Positions 37,145 through 46,317 of a stretch of 64,000 bases of DNA are shown here, piece after piece. The notes beneath the pieces were generated by a model. That model ran no database searches and was not told the origin of the DNA. It saw only the letters and a list, made by a program, of their open reading frames with translations. Origin of the DNA: Acidobacterium sp. GTDB taxonomy: Bacteria; Acidobacteriota; Vicinamibacteria; Vicinamibacterales; UBA2999. A program made the translations under genes and the position numbers. Position 1 is the first letter of the stretch; each line of letters begins with the position of its first letter. The DNA lies in assembly GCA_002737365.1 (NCBI GenBank), contig NSIL01000013.1, positions 3,540 to 67,539 of the forward strand, given 5' to 3'.

Positions 37145-40135
37145 TTAGAACAGGAACTTGACGCCAATGCGCGCCACGAGCGGCGCCTGGTAGACGTTGT
37201 CCATGAGGAAACGGGGGTCCTTGACCACGTTCTGGCTCGTGATCAGCGACGCCAGGGTCTGGGTGCCGGCGAAGAACTTCGCCTCGTCCGGAACCACGCC
37301 GTTGACCTTGTGGTAGGTGGAGAACTTGCCCACCGCCGCCGCCTGGCTGAACAGGTTCAGCACGTTCAGGCTGAGCTGCAGGCTGCGGGTGCCGGCCATC
37401 TTGAACGAGTGCTGCACGTAGATGTCGGTCTGCGAGAACATGTCCGTGCGGCCGTCGCTGCCACGACCGAGATACTGCACCGGCAGGTTGCTGGTCGGGT
37501 AGATGCCAATTTCACGCGTCACCGGCAGGCCGCTGGCGACGTACTGGTTCACGCCCAGGCTGGTGCCAATCGGCAGCTGATAGATGAACTGCGCCTTGAA
37601 CTGGTTCGGGCGATCCGTGGCCAAGGGACCGTAGGCCGCCTTGCCGCCATCTTCAAACGCCATCACGGGATAGTCGAAGGCGCGGCCGACGTTCGGGCTG
37701 GTGCGGCCGTTTTCGTCCGACTGCGACAGACCCGAGTAGTTACCGTAGAGGTGGCTCCACGTGTAAGCAGCGCGCAGATACCAGCGGTTCGAGAACCGCT
37801 TGTCGAACGAGAATTCCACCGCGTCGTAGTCGCGGACGGCCGTCGGCATGGCGACGTTCGAGGCGGCGGTCGGGCCGACGTAGGCGAGCGAGGTCAGACC
37901 TTCGCCGGGGTTGGCGATGACGTAGATCTCGTTGCCCTGCGCGTCGAGCGAGCCGGTGTCTTCAACGGCGCGGTCGATCTGCTTGTGCACGTAGCGCACG
38001 CTGACGGCCATCACGTCGTTCAACTGGTGGTCAAGGCCCAGGGTGGCCTCCTGCTGCTTCATGGGCTTCAGGTCCGGGTCGATCGCGTCGGACCCGAACG
38101 AGGGGTGACGGAAGTCGATCGGGCCGCGGACCAGGGTGCCGTTGCAGGCGGGCGGGCAGTTAGCGCCGTCCACGAGCGTCGGGTAGTTGAAGGTGTCGAG
38201 CGTGTAGTAGTACTCGAGCCACTTGTCGCCACCGAACGAGCCGCGCGGCAGTTCGGTCTTGAAGATGTCGTAGAAGATGCCCCACGAACCGGCCACCTTC
38301 CACTTGCCGTCACCCTTGACGTCGTAGGCAAAGCCCGCGCGCGGCGCCAGCTTGTCGGCAAAGCTGAACTCGATGCCGTACTCAGGAATATCGGCGCCCG
38401 TGGCGTAGGTCGGCACCTTTTCGCGCTCGGTGCGGACACCGGCGTTGATGGTCAGCTTGTTGTTGATGGTCCAGGCGTCCTGGATGAAGAAGCCGAGGTT
38501 GTTGGTGCTCTCGTTGCCCTCGGTGATGAAGCCCTGCTTGGGCGCCACACCGTTGCTGCGCACTGAGTAGTAACCGTAGGGGCCGCGCTGGCCCGACAGC
38601 GCGGTGTTCCAGAAGATCGAGACGCGATTGCGCGACTCGCCGCTCAGCACGTTGGTGCCGACCTGGTCCATCTGCGCGCCGAATTTGACGTTGTGGTCGC
38701 CGCCCGCCGTGAAGTAGAGGGTGCTGTCGGCCTGGAAGTACAGGCGCGTCTGCTGGTCGCGCGTCACCTTCGTGTTCGAGGGGATGCTCGTGAAGCCGGT
38801 GCCGGCCTGGAGGCTGGCCGGGACATCGAGGAAGCCGACGTTGTTGGTGTTGGTCCAGCGGAACAGCGGCTGTTCCGTGACGTTCGAGTCGTTCTGGTCA
38901 GCCGAGCGGTAGCCGCCGCGCAGGCCGACGAGGAACTTCGGCGACACCACCCAATCCATGTTGGCGCCGACCGAGTAGTTCGGGAACTCCGAGGTCTTGC
39001 TGTAGTTGGTGCCCTTCGGGTCCGTGCCAGTCAGCGTCGGCAACAGGCCTTCGATCTTCGAGGTGCTGTTGTTGTAGGACACGCGCATGCGAACGCTGTC
39101 GCGCAGCTGCGTCGTGACGTTGGCGGTCAGGTAGTTGACCGACTGCTTCTGCTCTTGTGAGAACGTGCCGGCTGCGGGATTGACGGCGGTCGTCGGCGAC
39201 ACGTCGCGGTTGATGGTGGTCAGCGCGGGCTGGTAGCCAGCGAAGAACCACACGCGGTTCTTCTTGACGGGCCCTCCCATGGAGAACGCCGGCTCGACGC
39301 GCGTGCGGTCGTCCTTCGGGTAGTTGATGTACTCGGCGACGTCCGAGTTGCGCAGATTCTGGCGCAGCGTCTGGCGGCGTTCGCCTTCGAGGCTGCTGCC
39401 CTCGTAGTTCAGGGTGGCGGTGCCGCGGAACTCGTTGCTGCCGCTCTTGGTCATGGCGTTGACGACGCCGCCGGTGGCGCCGCCGAATTCGGCGGTGTAG
39501 CCGCTCGACTTCACCTGGACTTCTTCGACGAAGTCGGCGATCAGGCTCTGGCCCGAGGTGCCGGTCTGAATGTTGGTGGTCTCGATGCCGTCGATGATGT
39601 AGCGGTTCTCGCCGGCGCTGGCGCCGTCGATCGACAAGCCACCGAGCTTCGACTCGTTGTTGGCGCCGGGCGCCTGCGTCACGAGGGTGGTGAAGTCGCG
39701 GCCGTGCGGCAGCAACTCAACCTGCTCGGCGCGGATGTTGGTCTGGCGCGAGCTCTGGCGCACGTCCACCAGCGGAGTCTCCGCGGTCACGGTCACCGAC
39801 TCGGCGACGCCGGCCAGCGGCAGCGCGAAGTCGACCTTCTTGATCTGGCCAAGACCCACGCGCACTTCGAGCACTTCCTTGGCTACGAATCCCTGGAGGT
39901 TGGCGCTCACCCGGTAGTTACCGGGCATGAGCGACGGGAAGCGGTAGACGCCGACCGAATCGGTCAACGTCGAATTGACGCGACCGTTCGCATCGGCCTC
40001 GACCGTGACACCGGGTAGCACGGCGCCCGACGCGTCTTTGACGACGCCTTCGATTGAGACGCGCTGGTCCTGCGCCCATGCGGGAGCCACCAGCGCACCG
40101 ATCAGTAACAGAACTGCAAAAGGTCTTGCGAACAT
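37145..40135 (-). CDS. TonB-dependent outer-membrane receptor with an N-terminal carboxypeptidase-regulatory-like domain
   Basis: This is the track ORF trimmed to MFARPFAVLLLIGALVAPAWAQ, with GGAGG 6 nt upstream. It has VSIEGVVKDASGAVLPGVTVEA...YRFPSLMPGNYRV (CarboxypepD_reg), a plug region (IDGASAGENRYIIDGIETTN) and a C-terminal barrel ending ARIGVKFLF. Confidence 0.9.
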   Translation of the reverse strand: MFARPFAVLLLIGALVAPAWAQDQRVSIEGVVKDASGAVLPGVTVEADANGRVNSTLTDSVGVYRFPSLMPGNYRVSANLQGFVAKEVLEVRVGLGQIKKVDFALPLAGVAESVTVTAETPLVDVRQSSRQTNIRAEQVELLPHGRDFTTLVTQAPGANNESKLGGLSIDGASAGENRYIIDGIETTNIQTGTSGQSLIADFVEEVQVKSSGYTAEFGGATGGVVNAMTKSGSNEFRGTATLNYEGSSLEGERRQTLRQNLRNSDVAEYINYPKDDRTRVEPAFSMGGPVKKNRVWFFAGYQPALTTINRDVSPTTAVNPAAGTFSQEQKQSVNYLTANVTTQLRDSVRMRVSYNNSTSKIEGLLPTLTGTDPKGTNYSKTSEFPNYSVGANMDWVVSPKFLVGLRGGYRSADQNDSNVTEQPLFRWTNTNNVGFLDVPASLQAGTGFTSIPSNTKVTRDQQTRLYFQADSTLYFTAGGDHNVKFGAQMDQVGTNVLSGESRNRVSIFWNTALSGQRGPYGYYSVRSNGVAPKQGFITEGNESTNNLGFFIQDAWTINNKLTINAGVRTEREKVPTYATGADIPEYGIEFSFADKLAPRAGFAYDVKGDGKWKVAGSWGIFYDIFKTELPRGSFGGDKWLEYYYTLDTFNYPTLVDGANCPPACNGTLVRGPIDFRHPSFGSDAIDPDLKPMKQQEATLGLDHQLNDVMAVSVRYVHKQIDRAVEDTGSLDAQGNEIYVIANPGEGLTSLAYVGPTAASNVAMPTAVRDYDAVEFSFDKRFSNRWYLRAAYTWSHLYGNYSGLSQSDENGRTSPNVGRAFDYPVMAFEDGGKAAYGPLATDRPNQFKAQFIYQLPIGTSLGVNQYVASGLPVTREIGIYPTSNLPVQYLGRGSDGRTDMFSQTDIYVQHSFKMAGTRSLQLSLNVLNLFSQAAAVGKFSTYHKVNGVVPDEAKFFAGTQTLASLITSQNVVKDPRFLMDNVYQAPLVARIGVKFLF

Positions 40136-40352
40136 CACCTTGCCTCCTTTGGAAAGCAAACCACGACAGACATTAGGTAACAAGGATGTAACAAGAAAAC
40201 GGTAGTCTTTACAATCGTCGAAAATGTGGGGCGAATGCGAGGTAAATCTTTGTCAGTGAAATGTTTACGGGGGACAACGGCCGCGCAAAAGTGCGAAAAT
40301 CGTTATAAAAACAGGGGTTTTTGAACATTCGTTTGATATTATCTTTTTTCAG

Positions 40353-41570
40353 ATGCCCCGTGTAATTCAGCCGTCTGGCCAGATTGTGATTCTGGGGGCC
40401 GCCCGCACCCCCATTGGCAAGTTCGGCGGATCGTTCAAGGACGTGCACGCCGCGGAGCTCGGGGCGGTCGCGGCACGGGCCGCCCTGGCGCGTGCCGGCA
40501 TCGCCGCCAACGACATCCAGGAAGTCTTGATGGGACACGGTCGCCCGGCCGGCGTCGGACCGAATCCTGCGCGGCAAGTGGGACATCGCGCCGGTGTCCC
40601 CAATACGGCACCGGCCTACACCATCAACAAGGCCTGCGCCGGTGGCATGCAGGCCGTGGCTTCGGGTGCGCAAAGCATCCTGCTGGGTGAATCGGAGGTC
40701 GTGCTCGCCGGCGGCATCGAGAACATGAGCCGCGTTCCCTATCTGGTGGACGCCGCCGATGCGCGCTGGGGGCACAAGATGGGTCACTTCCAGTTCGTCG
40801 ACGCGATGTACCGCGACGGCTTCCAGGATCCGCTCTCGGGTTTGATCATGGGCGAGACCGCCGAAGTGCTGGCACGCCAGTACGGGATCACGCGCGAACA
40901 GTCGGATGCGTTTGCGCTCGAGAGCCAGCGCAAGGCGGAAGCGGCGCAGAAGGCCGGCTACTTCGATCGCGAGATCGCACCCGTCACAGTGACTGAGCGA
41001 GGAAAGAGCGTCGAGATTCGGACCGACGAACATCCTCGCCACGGTTCGACGATGGAGGCTTTGGCCAAGCTGCCGCTGACGTTTCCCACGGTTGAGGGGC
41101 ACGACGGCATCATCTCCGCCGGTTCTGCCTCCGGTATCACCGATGGCGCCGCCGCTCTTGTGCTCGCGTCCGCTTCGTTCGCCGAAGCCCGCGGCCTCAA
41201 GCCGCTCGCTCGCATCGTCGGGTGGGCGAGTGCCGGCGTCGATCCGCGCATCATGGGCATTGGCCCGGTGCCGGCCATGGCCAGGCTGCAGCAGCGCACC
41301 GGTCTCGGCATCAACGACTTCGATCTGGTCGAGATTAACGAGGCGTTTGCCGCGCAAGTGCTCGCGGTATTGAAGGACGTGCCGATTCCGGCAGAGCAGC
41401 TGAACGTCAATGGCGGCGCGATCGCCCTCGGCCATCCCATCGGCTGTAGTGGCGCCCGCATCATCGTCACGCTGCTGTACGAGTTGATCCGTCGCGGCCA
41501 GAAACGCGGCCTCGCGACCCTATGCGCCAGTGGTGGCATGGGGATGGCGATGGCGATTGAAACCTGTTAG
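40353..41570 (+). CDS. Acetyl-CoA C-acetyltransferase (thiolase II) paralog 1
   Basis: It has the NKACAGGMQAV (Cys acyl site) region, NEAFAAQVLAV, NVNGGAIALGHPIGCSGARI and LCASGGMGMAM blocks. Confidence 0.93.
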   Translation: MPRVIQPSGQIVILGAARTPIGKFGGSFKDVHAAELGAVAARAALARAGIAANDIQEVLMGHGRPAGVGPNPARQVGHRAGVPNTAPAYTINKACAGGMQAVASGAQSILLGESEVVLAGGIENMSRVPYLVDAADARWGHKMGHFQFVDAMYRDGFQDPLSGLIMGETAEVLARQYGITREQSDAFALESQRKAEAAQKAGYFDREIAPVTVTERGKSVEIRTDEHPRHGSTMEALAKLPLTFPTVEGHDGIISAGSASGITDGAAALVLASASFAEARGLKPLARIVGWASAGVDPRIMGIGPVPAMARLQQRTGLGINDFDLVEINEAFAAQVLAVLKDVPIPAEQLNVNGGAIALGHPIGCSGARIIVTLLYELIRRGQKRGLATLCASGGMGMAMAIETC

Positions 41571-41599
41571 TGCCAGGAGGGCAGCACTTCAGTGCTGCC
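41571..41599 (+). repeat. 29-nt intercistronic element, copy 1 (AGGAGG plus 8-9 bp hairpin)
   Basis: TGCCAGGAGGGCAGCACTTCAGTGCTGCC begins 1 nt after the thiolase stop. GGCAGCAC/GTGCTGCC forms the stem around TTCA. Confidence 0.8.
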
Positions 41600-41606
41600 G
41601 ATGTTT

Positions 41607-42656
41607 ATGAGAATTGCGGTTATTCCCGGCGACGGGATTGGCAAGGACGTCACTGCGGAAGCAGTGAAGGTGCTACAGGCCACTGGCGAGGCGTTCGGGC
41701 GACGGTTCGATCTCGTCCACCTGCCGTGGAGTGCCGACCACTACCTGAAGACGGGTGAGACGCTGCCGGCCAACGGCTACCAGATGCTGCGCGACGAGTT
41801 CCAGGCCATCTTCGTCGGCGCGCTGGGCGACCCGCGGGTGCCGGGCAACCAGCACGCGCGCGACATCCTGCTGGGGACGCGCTTCGAGCTTGACCTGTAT
41901 GTGAACTATCGCCCGGTCCGGCTGCTCGACGATCGCCTGTGCCCGCTGAAGGATCGCGGCCGCAACGACATCAACTTCGTGGTGTTTCGCGAGAACACCG
42001 AAGGCGTCTATGTCAGCGTCGGCGGACGCTTCAAGGCGGGGACGGTCGATGAAGTCGCCATCCAGGAAGAAATCAACACTTTCAAGGGCGTGAATCGCAT
42101 CATTCGCCACGCGTTCGAATACGCGACGGCGAACGGCCTGACCAGGGTGTGCATGGCCGACAAGAGCAACGCCATGCAGCAGGGCCACGCGTTGTGGCAG
42201 CGCGTCTACAAGGAAGTGGCCGCCGAGTATTCCGGCATCACCGCCACCCACCAGTACATTGACGCCCTGGCGATGTTCCTCGTGAAGGATCCCGGCCAAT
42301 ACCAGGTGATTGTCACCAACAACCTGTTCGGCGACATCGTCACCGACATCGGCGGTGCGCTGCAGGGCGGGCTCGGCATGGCCGCCTCGGGCAACCTCCA
42401 CCCGGGCAAGACCTCGTTGTTCGAGCCGGTGCACGGCTCGGCGCCGCCGCTCGCGGGGAAGAACGTGGCTAACCCGATGGGCGCAATCTTGTCGTCGGCG
42501 CTGATGCTCGAGACGCTCGGTGCGGTTGACGAAGCGAAGGCGATTGAACGGGCGGTCGAGGCCGCCATCGCACAGAACCAAACCACCTCAGACATCGGCG
42601 GTCCCCTCGGCACGCATGAGGTTGGGGATTGGATCTCGAAACGAATTCAGAAGTGA
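41607..42656 (+). CDS. Isocitrate/isopropylmalate dehydrogenase-family enzyme (tartrate / D-malate / 3-IPM dehydrogenase-like)
   Basis: It has MRIAVIPGDGIGKDV, a FVVFRENTEGVY-type block, NLFGDIVTDIGGALQGGLGMAASGN and EPVHGSAP. In-frame alternative starts are at 41601 (ATG) and 41592 (GTG, inside the hairpin). Confidence 0.85.
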   Translation: MRIAVIPGDGIGKDVTAEAVKVLQATGEAFGRRFDLVHLPWSADHYLKTGETLPANGYQMLRDEFQAIFVGALGDPRVPGNQHARDILLGTRFELDLYVNYRPVRLLDDRLCPLKDRGRNDINFVVFRENTEGVYVSVGGRFKAGTVDEVAIQEEINTFKGVNRIIRHAFEYATANGLTRVCMADKSNAMQQGHALWQRVYKEVAAEYSGITATHQYIDALAMFLVKDPGQYQVIVTNNLFGDIVTDIGGALQGGLGMAASGNLHPGKTSLFEPVHGSAPPLAGKNVANPMGAILSSALMLETLGAVDEAKAIERAVEAAIAQNQTTSDIGGPLGTHEVGDWISKRIQK

Positions 42657-42663
42657 AGTGTAT

Positions 42664-42692
42664 TGCCAGGAGGGCAGCACTTTAGTGCTGCC
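42664..42692 (+). repeat. 29-nt intercistronic element, copy 2
   Basis: TGCCAGGAGGGCAGCACTTTAGTGCTGCC is 28/29 identical to copy 1. The single difference is in the loop. Confidence 0.8.
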
Positions 42693-42702
42693 AACTTAAA
42701 TT

Positions 42703-43884
42703 ATGAACAAACCCGTCTTCATCATCGGCGGCGCGCGGACACCCATGACGCAGCACGTCGGCGCCCTCAAGGACTTGTCGGCGATCGAACTCGGCGCCAT
42801 CGCGTCGAAGGGCGCGTTCGAACGCACCGGCACCAAGCCCGAGTGGATTGATCACGTCGTGTTTGGGAACGTCCAGCAGAGCAGTGTGGATGCCCACTAC
42901 GGCGCGCGCCACGTCGGCCTCAAAGCCGGGGTGCCGATCGACGTGCCGGCGCTGACGGTGAATCGGTTGTGCGGCTCCGGCATCCAGGCGGTGCTGAGCG
43001 GCGCGCAGTGCATTCAGCTTGATGAGGCAGGCTTCGTCCTGGCCGGCGGCATGGAAAGCATGAGCCAGGTGCCGCACGTCGTCCGCGGCGCGCGCTCGGG
43101 CTTCAAGCTGGGGCAGGGCAAGCTTGAAGACTGGCTGTGGGAAGGCCTGACCGATCCCTACGCCGGTTGCTCAATGGCCATCACCGCCGAGAACTGCGCC
43201 GTGAAGTACGGCATCACGCGCGAGGAAGCCGATGCCTACGCGTTGCGCAGCCAGCAACTGGCGCACAAGGCGTGGACGTCCGGGATCATGACGGACGAAG
43301 TGGTGCCGGTGGAGATCAAGGGCCGCAAGGGCGTGACCGTGATCGAGCAGGACGACCACCTGCGTCCCGAGACGACCATGGAGATCCTGGCCAAGCTGCC
43401 GGCGGCCTTCAAGAAAGACGGCGTGGTCACGGCCGGCAATGCGAGCGGCATTGTCGATGGTGCGGCGGCACTCGTGATTGCCGGCGAAGACGCCGTCAAG
43501 GCCCGCGGCGTGAAACCGATGGGCCGCATCGTCGCGTGGGCGACCGTCGGCGTGGACCCGACGATGATGGGGATGGGGCCGGCGCCAGCCATCCGCAAGG
43601 CGCTCGAACACGCCCGGATGTCGTTTGGGCAGCTCGACCTGATCGAAATCAACGAGGCCTTCGCGGCGCAGTACCTCGCCTGCGAAAAGGAGCTTGGTCT
43701 CAGCCGGGACAAGGTCAACGTGAACGGTGGCGCGATTGCGCTGGGGCACCCGCTCGGCGCCAGCGGCGCGCGCATCCTGCTGACGCTGCTGCTCGAACTG
43801 CGCCGGCGCGGCAAGAAGTACGGTGTGGCCGCGGCCTGCATTGGCGGCGGTCAAGGCATTGCGATGATCGTGGAGGCCCTGTAA
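42703..43884 (+). CDS. Acetyl-CoA C-acetyltransferase (thiolase II) paralog 2
   Basis: It has VNRLCGSGIQAV, NEAFAAQYLAC, NVNGGAIALGHPLGASGARI and CIGGGQGIAM. Confidence 0.93.
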   Translation: MNKPVFIIGGARTPMTQHVGALKDLSAIELGAIASKGAFERTGTKPEWIDHVVFGNVQQSSVDAHYGARHVGLKAGVPIDVPALTVNRLCGSGIQAVLSGAQCIQLDEAGFVLAGGMESMSQVPHVVRGARSGFKLGQGKLEDWLWEGLTDPYAGCSMAITAENCAVKYGITREEADAYALRSQQLAHKAWTSGIMTDEVVPVEIKGRKGVTVIEQDDHLRPETTMEILAKLPAAFKKDGVVTAGNASGIVDGAAALVIAGEDAVKARGVKPMGRIVAWATVGVDPTMMGMGPAPAIRKALEHARMSFGQLDLIEINEAFAAQYLACEKELGLSRDKVNVNGGAIALGHPLGASGARILLTLLLELRRRGKKYGVAAACIGGGQGIAMIVEAL

Positions 43885-44738
43885 TGGAGATCAAGACGGT
43901 CGGCGTGATTGGGTGCGGCTTGATGGGCGCGGGCATCGCGCAGGTCTCGGCCGCGGCCGGGTTCAAGACCTTCGTGCTCGAGGTGAATGACGACGTCCTG
44001 AAGAAGGGCATTGGCCGCATCGACAAGTTCCTGACCGGCGGTATTGAAAAGGGCAAGGTCACGCCGGAACAGAAAGCGACCGTATTCGCGAATCTTACCG
44101 GCACGACGAAGTTCGCCGACCTCAAGGATTGCGACCTCGTGATCGAGGCGATCATCGAGAACGTCGAGATCAAGAAGAAGACCTACGCGCAGATCGAGGC
44201 GGTGGTCGGCAAGCACTGTGTGATTGCGTCGAACACCTCGTCCCTCTGCATCACCGAACTTGGCGCCGGCACGACGCGGCCCGACCAGGTGGCCGGTCTC
44301 CACTTCTTCAACCCGGTGCCGCTGATGAAGCTGGTCGAGGTGATCCGTGCGTTGGCGACCAGCCAGGAGACCCACGACGCGCTGATGGCCTTTGCGCGCG
44401 CGATCGGCAAGGAGCCGGTGTCGGCGCCCGACCGCGGTGGCTTCATCGTCAACCGCCTGCTGGTGCCCTACTTGCTGGATGCGATTCGTTGCCTCGAAGA
44501 AGGTCTCGCCACGGTCGAGGATATCGACAACGGCATGAAGCTCGGCTGCGGCCACCCGATGGGTCCCTTGACGCTGCTCGACTACGTCGGCCTCGACACG
44601 ACGTACTACATCGCCAACATCATGTTCGACGAGTTCCGCGAGACGCGGTTCGCGCCGCCGCCGCTGCTGAAGCGGATGGTGCTGGCAGGGCATCTGGGCA
44701 AGAAGTCCGGCAAGGGCTTCTACGACTACTCACAGTAG
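43884..44738 (+). CDS. hbd: 3-hydroxybutyryl-CoA / 3-hydroxyacyl-CoA dehydrogenase
   Basis: The ATG overlaps the thiolase stop (TAATG). It has the Rossmann motif VGVIGCGLMGAGIAQV plus NTSSL, HFFNPVPLMKLVE and GFIVNRLL. Confidence 0.92.
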   Translation: MEIKTVGVIGCGLMGAGIAQVSAAAGFKTFVLEVNDDVLKKGIGRIDKFLTGGIEKGKVTPEQKATVFANLTGTTKFADLKDCDLVIEAIIENVEIKKKTYAQIEAVVGKHCVIASNTSSLCITELGAGTTRPDQVAGLHFFNPVPLMKLVEVIRALATSQETHDALMAFARAIGKEPVSAPDRGGFIVNRLLVPYLLDAIRCLEEGLATVEDIDNGMKLGCGHPMGPLTLLDYVGLDTTYYIANIMFDEFRETRFAPPPLLKRMVLAGHLGKKSGKGFYDYSQ

Positions 44739-44948
44739 TCAGCGGCCCCACTTCGCGATCACCACGCGGTTGAAATAGAACGCGCGACAGAAGCCGAACG
44801 CGACCTGGTCGCCCACGCGCACCAGCAGGAAGAACGCGAAGAGCTGGTCGGCGGCGCCGACGTAGTGCTTCGTGAACAGCCACATCACGACGTCGAGCTG
44901 CAGGAATAGCAGCGTCAGGTCGAATCGGCCGACCCGGTCGTAAAGCAT
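44739..44948 (-). CDS. Small hydrophobic hypothetical protein (69 aa); uncertain
   Basis: This ORF exactly fills the gap between the hbd stop and the upstream minus-strand gene, starting 9 nt after that gene's stop. It has two hydrophobic stretches. I recognise no family. Confidence 0.3.
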   Translation of the reverse strand: MLYDRVGRFDLTLLFLQLDVVMWLFTKHYVGAADQLFAFFLLVRVGDQVAFGFCRAFYFNRVVIAKWGR

Positions 44949-44957
44949 TCGTGGCGA

Positions 44958-45818
44958 TCAGCGCCACTGCTGGATGAGCCGCTTCGCCTGCTCCTTGAAC
45001 CGCCGGTCCTCGGGGATCCAGTCGGGGTCTGGCGGCGCATCGATCGCCGCCTGGTACTCCTTGCGCGCCTCGTCTTTTTGTCCCGTGCCGGCCAGCGTAT
45101 CGGCCAGGAACAGGTGCGAGATGACGCTGTTGGGTCCGTAGGTCAGCGACGTGCGGATGTGTTCCTCTGATTTCTTGTTGCTGCCGCCGAAGAGCCCCGG
45201 CACCTTGAAATACCAGCGACCCAGGGCGCGGTCAGCGGAGCCCTGCAGGAAGGCGGGGGAGAGCTTCAGCGTCATCTCGAGCGCGTCGCGGATCGCACCT
45301 CGATACTTCATCCCCTGGCGCAGCCCGAACGATTCAGCCAGCGCGCCCATGTTGGCGGCGAGCCAGAAGTGGCCCTCGGGTTTGCTGGCGTCGAGGGCAA
45401 TCGCCGTTCGGGCTGCCTCGATTCCTGACTCGAGCGCGCCCTTGCGTTGCGGCTCAGGTAAGCCGTTGGTCCCTAGCCAGTAGCGGGCCTGCGCCAGCCG
45501 ATAGGCCGAGGTGAAGTCCTTCGGGTTGGCCTTGAGCCTGGTTGCCCAGATCGCGGTCGCCTTCTGGGCACTCGCCAGGTTCTCGCGGTCCTGGTAAAGG
45601 GCGTCAGGATCGTCGGCGGGAACCTGACGGGCCAAAAACGCATCTAAAGGGATTATGGCTGCACCAACCGCGACCGCCGAGATGCCAGTGACCGAGATAT
45701 ACAATGAGCCGATGCAGGATCTGATCCAGCGCTTACTGATCGAGCTGGGCGAAGATCCGACCCGCGAGGGACTGGTCAAGACGCCGCGGCGGGTGGACAA
45801 GGCGCTGAGGTTTCTCAC
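44958..45818 (-). CDS. TPR-like protein resembling the TatT (TRAP-transporter T-component) family
   Basis: It is helical-repeat rich and carries [28 protein letters not shown], which I recall as characteristic of TatT-like proteins (recollection, not searched). The start is uncertain: the ATG at 45818 overlaps folE head-to-head, and TTG alternatives are at 45704 and 45635. Confidence 0.6.
   Translation of the reverse strand: MRNLSALSTRRGVLTSPSRVGSSPSSISKRWIRSCIGSLYISVTGISAVAVGAAIIPLDAFLARQVPADDPDALYQDRENLASAQKATAIWATRLKANPKDFTSAYRLAQARYWLGTNGLPEPQRKGALESGIEAARTAIALDASKPEGHFWLAANMGALAESFGLRQGMKYRGAIRDALEMTLKLSPAFLQGSADRALGRWYFKVPGLFGGSNKKSEEHIRTSLTYGPNSVISHLFLADTLAGTGQKDEARKEYQAAIDAPPDPDWIPEDRRFKEQAKRLIQQWR
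45700..45705 (+). promoter_or_regulatory. Candidate -10 box (TACAAT) for a leaderless folE
   Basis: TACAAT is followed by 6 nt (GAGCCG) and then the ATG at 45712. Confidence 0.4.
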
Positions 45819-46317
45819 AAGCGGTTACCAGGCTGATATCGATGCCATGCTGAACGGTGCGCTGTTCAGCGTCGATTATAGCGAGATGGTGATCGTTCGT
45901 GACATCGACTTCTACAGCATGTGTGAGCACCACCTGCTGCCGTTCTTCGGCAAGTGCCACGTCGCCTATATCCCGAATGGGAAGGTGATCGGCCTCAGCA
46001 AGATCCCGCGTGTGGTCGACATTTTCGCACGCCGGCTGCAGTTGCAGGAACGGATGACCAACCAGATCGCCGAGATCATCAACGAGAAAATCAAGCCGCT
46101 TGGTGTCGCGGTGGTCTGCGAAGGCACCCACCTGTGCATGGCCATGCGCGGCGTGGAAAAGCAGAACTCCTACACCATCACCAGCGCCATGCTCGGGGCG
46201 TTCCGCGATCAATCGCGGACGCGCATGGAGTTCCTGGAATTGCTGAAGCTGAGGGGCGGGAATCTCTCGGTGACCGGCTTGCCAGTCCCCGGCCATACCC
46301 ACGATCACGACGAATAA
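45712..46317 (+). CDS. folE: GTP cyclohydrolase I (FolE)
   Basis: It has [53 protein letters not shown] and [13 protein letters not shown] chose the start MQDLIQ from alignment with typical FolE N-termini and the -10 geometry. The ATGs at 45655 and 45682 are in-frame alternatives. Confidence 0.88.
   Translation: MQDLIQRLLIELGEDPTREGLVKTPRRVDKALRFLTSGYQADIDAMLNGALFSVDYSEMVIVRDIDFYSMCEHHLLPFFGKCHVAYIPNGKVIGLSKIPRVVDIFARRLQLQERMTNQIAEIINEKIKPLGVAVVCEGTHLCMAMRGVEKQNSYTITSAMLGAFRDQSRTRMEFLELLKLRGGNLSVTGLPVPGHTHDHDE

Noticed and set aside
40209-41435. A 408-aa ORF antisense to thiolase 1. Similar long antisense ORFs occur at 9173..10525, 14368..15381, 26135..27586, 28303..29403, 30554..31573, 34598..35653, 54098..55132 and elsewhere.
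   Set aside because: They are mirror-frame ORFs opposite strongly motif-supported genes, with junk-like composition (RRR, HRR, GDR runs). This is a known artefact of GC-rich genomes.
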